Assembly: GCF_006345805.1 (NCBI RefSeq)
Contig: NC_043024.1
Coordinates: forward strand, 10,416,001 to 10,480,000
Length of the DNA: 64,000 nucleotides
Direction of reading: 5' to 3'
From: Octopus sinensis
Lineage: Eukaryota
Numbering within the stretch: the stretch's first letter is position 1; each line of letters begins with the position of its first letter. The position numbers and the translations under genes were made by a program. Positions 63,779 through 64,000 of the stretch are shown in pieces. The notes under the pieces were generated by a model that was not told the DNA's origin, made no database searches, and saw only the letters and a program-made list of their open reading frames with translations.

Positions 63779-64000
63779 TTGTATGTGTGTGTTGTATATA
63801 TAATATATATATATATATATATTCTGCTTTTGTCTCTGTATGTGTGTGTGTGTGTGTTTGTGTGTCTCCTGTACCCCGAGGGAGATTCACCCTGACCCAG
63901 AACGTGACAAGGCTGACCCCAGTTTGTTATAGGGGCACAACTCTTCTTTCACCAGCTGAGTTAACTGGAGCAACAAGAAAGAAAGAAAATGTCTAGCCCA

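Overview
Eukaryotic, repeat-dense genomic DNA. The SINE, microsatellite and Helitron landscape suggests an octopus (inference). Two convergent intron-rich genes are present. (1) ARPC2 on the + strand: 10 coding exons, 8505-27358, with the first coding exon upstream of the window. (2) A ZBBX-like gene on the - strand: 10 phase-consistent exons, 63279 down to 35696, with the B-box exons beyond the window end. It includes a 4.9-kb exon built from 19-aa and ~35-aa tandem repeats, and one exon has a 1-nt frameshift. Introns and intergenic DNA contain several tRNA-derived SINE families (some in tandem arrays), CR1/L2/RTE LINE relics, a mariner relic, non-autonomous Helitrons, several MITE types, a degenerate tRNA-Gly and huge microsatellites. 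The most unusual signals are minimal type I hammerhead ribozyme motifs embedded in long intronic inverted repeats, an 18S rRNA fragment inserted with a 15-bp target-site duplication, and a duplicated splice acceptor preserving the empty site of a Helitron insertion. All homology calls are from memory; no searches were run.
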